NCBI GenBank assembly: GCA_013138675.1
Contig: WTCH01000145.1
Coordinates: 1 to 45,374 of the forward strand
DNA length: 45,374 nucleotides
Origin: Woeseiaceae bacterium
GTDB taxonomy: Bacteria > Pseudomonadota > Gammaproteobacteria > Steroidobacterales > Woeseiaceae
Direction of reading: 5' to 3'
How positions within the stretch are numbered: the stretch's first letter is position 1; each line of letters opens with the position of its first letter. The notes beneath the pieces are model-generated. The model searched no databases and was not told the DNA's origin. It saw only the letters and a program-made list of their open reading frames with translations. Below, in pieces: positions 43,388 to 45,374 of this stretch. Made by a program: the position numbers and the translations under genes.

Positions 43388-43987
43388 ATGAGCAAGTTTG
43401 CTGACATCCAGATAGACCCGGCAATTGTCAAACGGGCAGCCCGCGGAGACCCGCGTGCCCACGAGATCATTTACCGCGCGTTTTCGGCACCCGTGTATTC
43501 GATCTGCCTGCGATTTACAAAAGTGCCAGCACAGGCCGAAGACCTCGTGCAGGAGACGTTCATAGAGATCATGCGGTCGATCGCAAAATTCCGCGGTGAG
43601 GCCGCACTGGGTAGCTGGATACGTCGCATCGCGGTGTCAAAAGCGCTGATGTATTTGCGCTCGGCATGGACCGCACGCGGTCAGTCGCTCGGCGATGACT
43701 GGCATGAGGTTACGCCCGGCGATGTCGGCAGCCACGGTGTCCCGAGCCGACCGGATGATGCGCTGGACCTGGATGCTGCCCTGGCGAATTTGCCAGCGAC
43801 GAGTCGCGCGGTCGTTTGGCTGCACGACGTGGAAGGATTTACGCACAAGGAGATCGCTGTGCTGATGGGAAGAACGGAGAGTTTCTCAAAGTCGCAGCTA
43901 TCGAGGGCTTATCAAAGGCTGCGGCCAATGCTCTCGCTCCCCGAAGATGATGTTCGCAGCGAAAGCGCAGCGCTAAGAGGTTGCTGA
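43388..43987 (+). CDS. ECF-type sigma-70 family RNA polymerase sigma factor
   Basis: Region 2 (AEDLVQETFIEIMRSIAKFRGEAALGSWIRRIAVSKAL) and region 4 (WLHDVEGFTHKEIAVLMGRTESFSKSQLSRA). Confidence 0.85.
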   Translation: MSKFADIQIDPAIVKRAARGDPRAHEIIYRAFSAPVYSICLRFTKVPAQAEDLVQETFIEIMRSIAKFRGEAALGSWIRRIAVSKALMYLRSAWTARGQSLGDDWHEVTPGDVGSHGVPSRPDDALDLDAALANLPATSRAVVWLHDVEGFTHKEIAVLMGRTESFSKSQLSRAYQRLRPMLSLPEDDVRSESAALRGC

Positions 43988-43989
43988 AG

Positions 43990-44574
43990 ATGTCGAAAGA
44001 CAAGAAGGATAAAGAGATGATTTGTGGATTGACCGCGGATGAACGCGACCTGTTGCAGCAGGGACTCATGGGGCTGCCGGATGTGGCGCCGCCACGAGCC
44101 GTCTGGCAGCGCATTCGTGAGCAGGCGGAGGCAGAAGGTTTGATCAACACGGGTGTGATGCGCCGCCCGATGACGTGGACTGGCGGCCTTGGGCTGGCTG
44201 CCGCGGTGGCTCTGGTGGCCATACTGGTGCCAGCCATGATGAACTCACCTGAGCCGGGCGGAATTACCGAGCCGCCAGTCAGTCAGGCAACGAACGACAT
44301 CCCGTTAAGTGCCCTGCAATCCCTGATGGTCGAATCACGACAACTCGAGAGTGACCTGCGCTCGTTGCCCGAGGAGCCACGGGTTAGCCAGGCAGGCACG
44401 GTTGCGACGATCTCCGAGATTGAAGATCGCATTGCAGCCATTGATTACCAGCTCAATGACACGACCGTCACGATGACGGACGAGGACAAACACATCTTCT
44501 GGCGCGAACGCGTCAGGCTAATGAAATTGCTTGTCGGATTGCGCTATGCGCAGGCGCAGCGGGCAAGCTATTAA
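43990..44574 (+). CDS. putative single-pass anti-sigma factor
   Basis: Starts 2 nt after the sigma stop. Short cytoplasmic N-terminus, one TM helix (GGLGLAAAVALVAILVPAMM) and a periplasmic helical C-terminus. It has no HxxxCxxC zinc motif. Confidence 0.55.
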   Translation: MSKDKKDKEMICGLTADERDLLQQGLMGLPDVAPPRAVWQRIREQAEAEGLINTGVMRRPMTWTGGLGLAAAVALVAILVPAMMNSPEPGGITEPPVSQATNDIPLSALQSLMVESRQLESDLRSLPEEPRVSQAGTVATISEIEDRIAAIDYQLNDTTVTMTDEDKHIFWRERVRLMKLLVGLRYAQAQRASY

Positions 44575-44598
44575 CTGTACGAAGGCCTGTGGGCCTCT

Positions 44599-44618
44599 GT
44601 AGGAGGGCCTTCAGGCCC
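44599..44618 (+). repeat. REP-like hairpin gtaggagggccttcaggccc
   Basis: Identical to the units at 42576 and 42600. Preceded by a second small hairpin, aggcc-tgtg-ggcct (44583-44596). Confidence 0.8.
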
Positions 44619-44635
44619 GAAAGGAGATACACCTG

Positions 44636-45374
44636 ATGAAAACCTTGAAAATACTTGTACCGGTGGCAGCATTGTTGCTGCTGGCAGGACAGGCCGCTGC
44701 GCAGAGTCAGGAAGAGGTGGAGCGAGCTGAAGCCGCTGCAGCAGCCCAGGCGAAAACGCGCGAAGTCGAAGTTGCGAGAAAGCTCGAGGATGCTGAACGT
44801 CGTATGGCCGAGGCCGCTCGCCAGATTGCCGAGCTGAGCTCTGAACGCTTGCCACAAATGCGCGAAATGGAACGCCGCTTTGAGTTCATGAGCGACGATC
44901 GTCCACGGTTGGGCGTCAATATCGGTGAAGAACGGAGTGACGGACCGGTCGAAGGCGTAAAAATTGTTGGCGTCACGCCGGGTAGTGCAGCGGAAGATGC
45001 TGGCTTGCGCGCCGGTGACATTATTACCGGCATAAACGACGAGTCGATGAGTGCCGATGTTGCAGGCGAAGCATCACGGAAAGTTCTCGACTTCATGGAA
45101 GGCGTCGAAGCCGGTGACATTCTCGCAGTCGAGTACATCCGCGATGGCAAGGTCGGCACGGTCGAAGTTGAGCCGCGAGCTGTCGAGATGCGTGCTTATG
45201 CATTTCGCGGTGTGCCCAGGGATTTCAGCATGCCGGCGATTCCGGACATCCACGCCGCGCCAGAAATGGTCGAGAAGTTCCGCCAGAGTTTTTCATTCTC
45301 CTGGCCAGGTAATGTCTGGGCCGATATGGAGCTGGTTGAGCTGAATGAAGGACTGGGCAAGTACTTCGGCGCTG
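44636..45374 (+). CDS. secreted PDZ-domain protein (3' end outside window)
   Basis: Absent from the ORF track because no stop is reached. ATG at 44636 with AAGGAG 9 nt upstream. My translation gives MKTLKILVPVAALLLLAGQAAAQ, then a coiled segment, then a PDZ core GVKIVGVTPGSAAEDAGLRAGDIITGIN. Confidence 0.75.
   Translation, partial: MKTLKILVPVAALLLLAGQAAAQSQEEVERAEAAAAAQAKTREVEVARKLEDAERRMAEAARQIAELSSERLPQMREMERRFEFMSDDRPRLGVNIGEERSDGPVEGVKIVGVTPGSAAEDAGLRAGDIITGINDESMSADVAGEASRKVLDFMEGVEAGDILAVEYIRDGKVGTVEVEPRAVEMRAYAFRGVPRDFSMPAIPDIHAAPEMVEKFRQSFSFSWPGNVWADMELVELNEGLGKYFGA

Overview
This is a dense, high-GC chromosomal core segment, with nearly all bases coding and many 1-4 nt gene junctions. 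Several synteny blocks are typical of Gammaproteobacteria: rhlB next to trxA-rho, plsB-trhO, lipA-sohB, xerD-dsbC, and tRNA-Leu(CAA). I call 49 CDSs (two of them cut by the window edges), one tRNA, two intrinsic terminators, and a family of short GTAGGAG-headed REP-like palindromes in most of the larger intergenic gaps. I see no CRISPR array, IS element, integrase island or prophage. Six things are worth a second look. (1) An orphan, divergent contractile-tail sheath homologue (18030-19577) sits among housekeeping genes, with no tube, baseplate or phage partner anywhere in the 45 kb. (2) Two tandem paralogous GTPase-DUF697 fusion proteins head a tightly coupled five-gene string that also encodes an alkyltransferase-like (ATL) protein, a tandem DsbA-like protein and a small hydrolase. 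(3) A complete MoxR / DUF58 / DUF4381 / VWA / VWA-TPR / BatD operon is present. (4) The TAG inside the GTAG head of the REP family repeatedly serves as the in-frame stop codon of the flanking gene. (5) A 339-bp element bounded by inverted repeats carries a perfect 19-bp stem-loop. (6) An ECF sigma / anti-sigma / PDZ-protein module lies at the right edge. All functional calls rest on reading motifs in the supplied translations. No database search was run.
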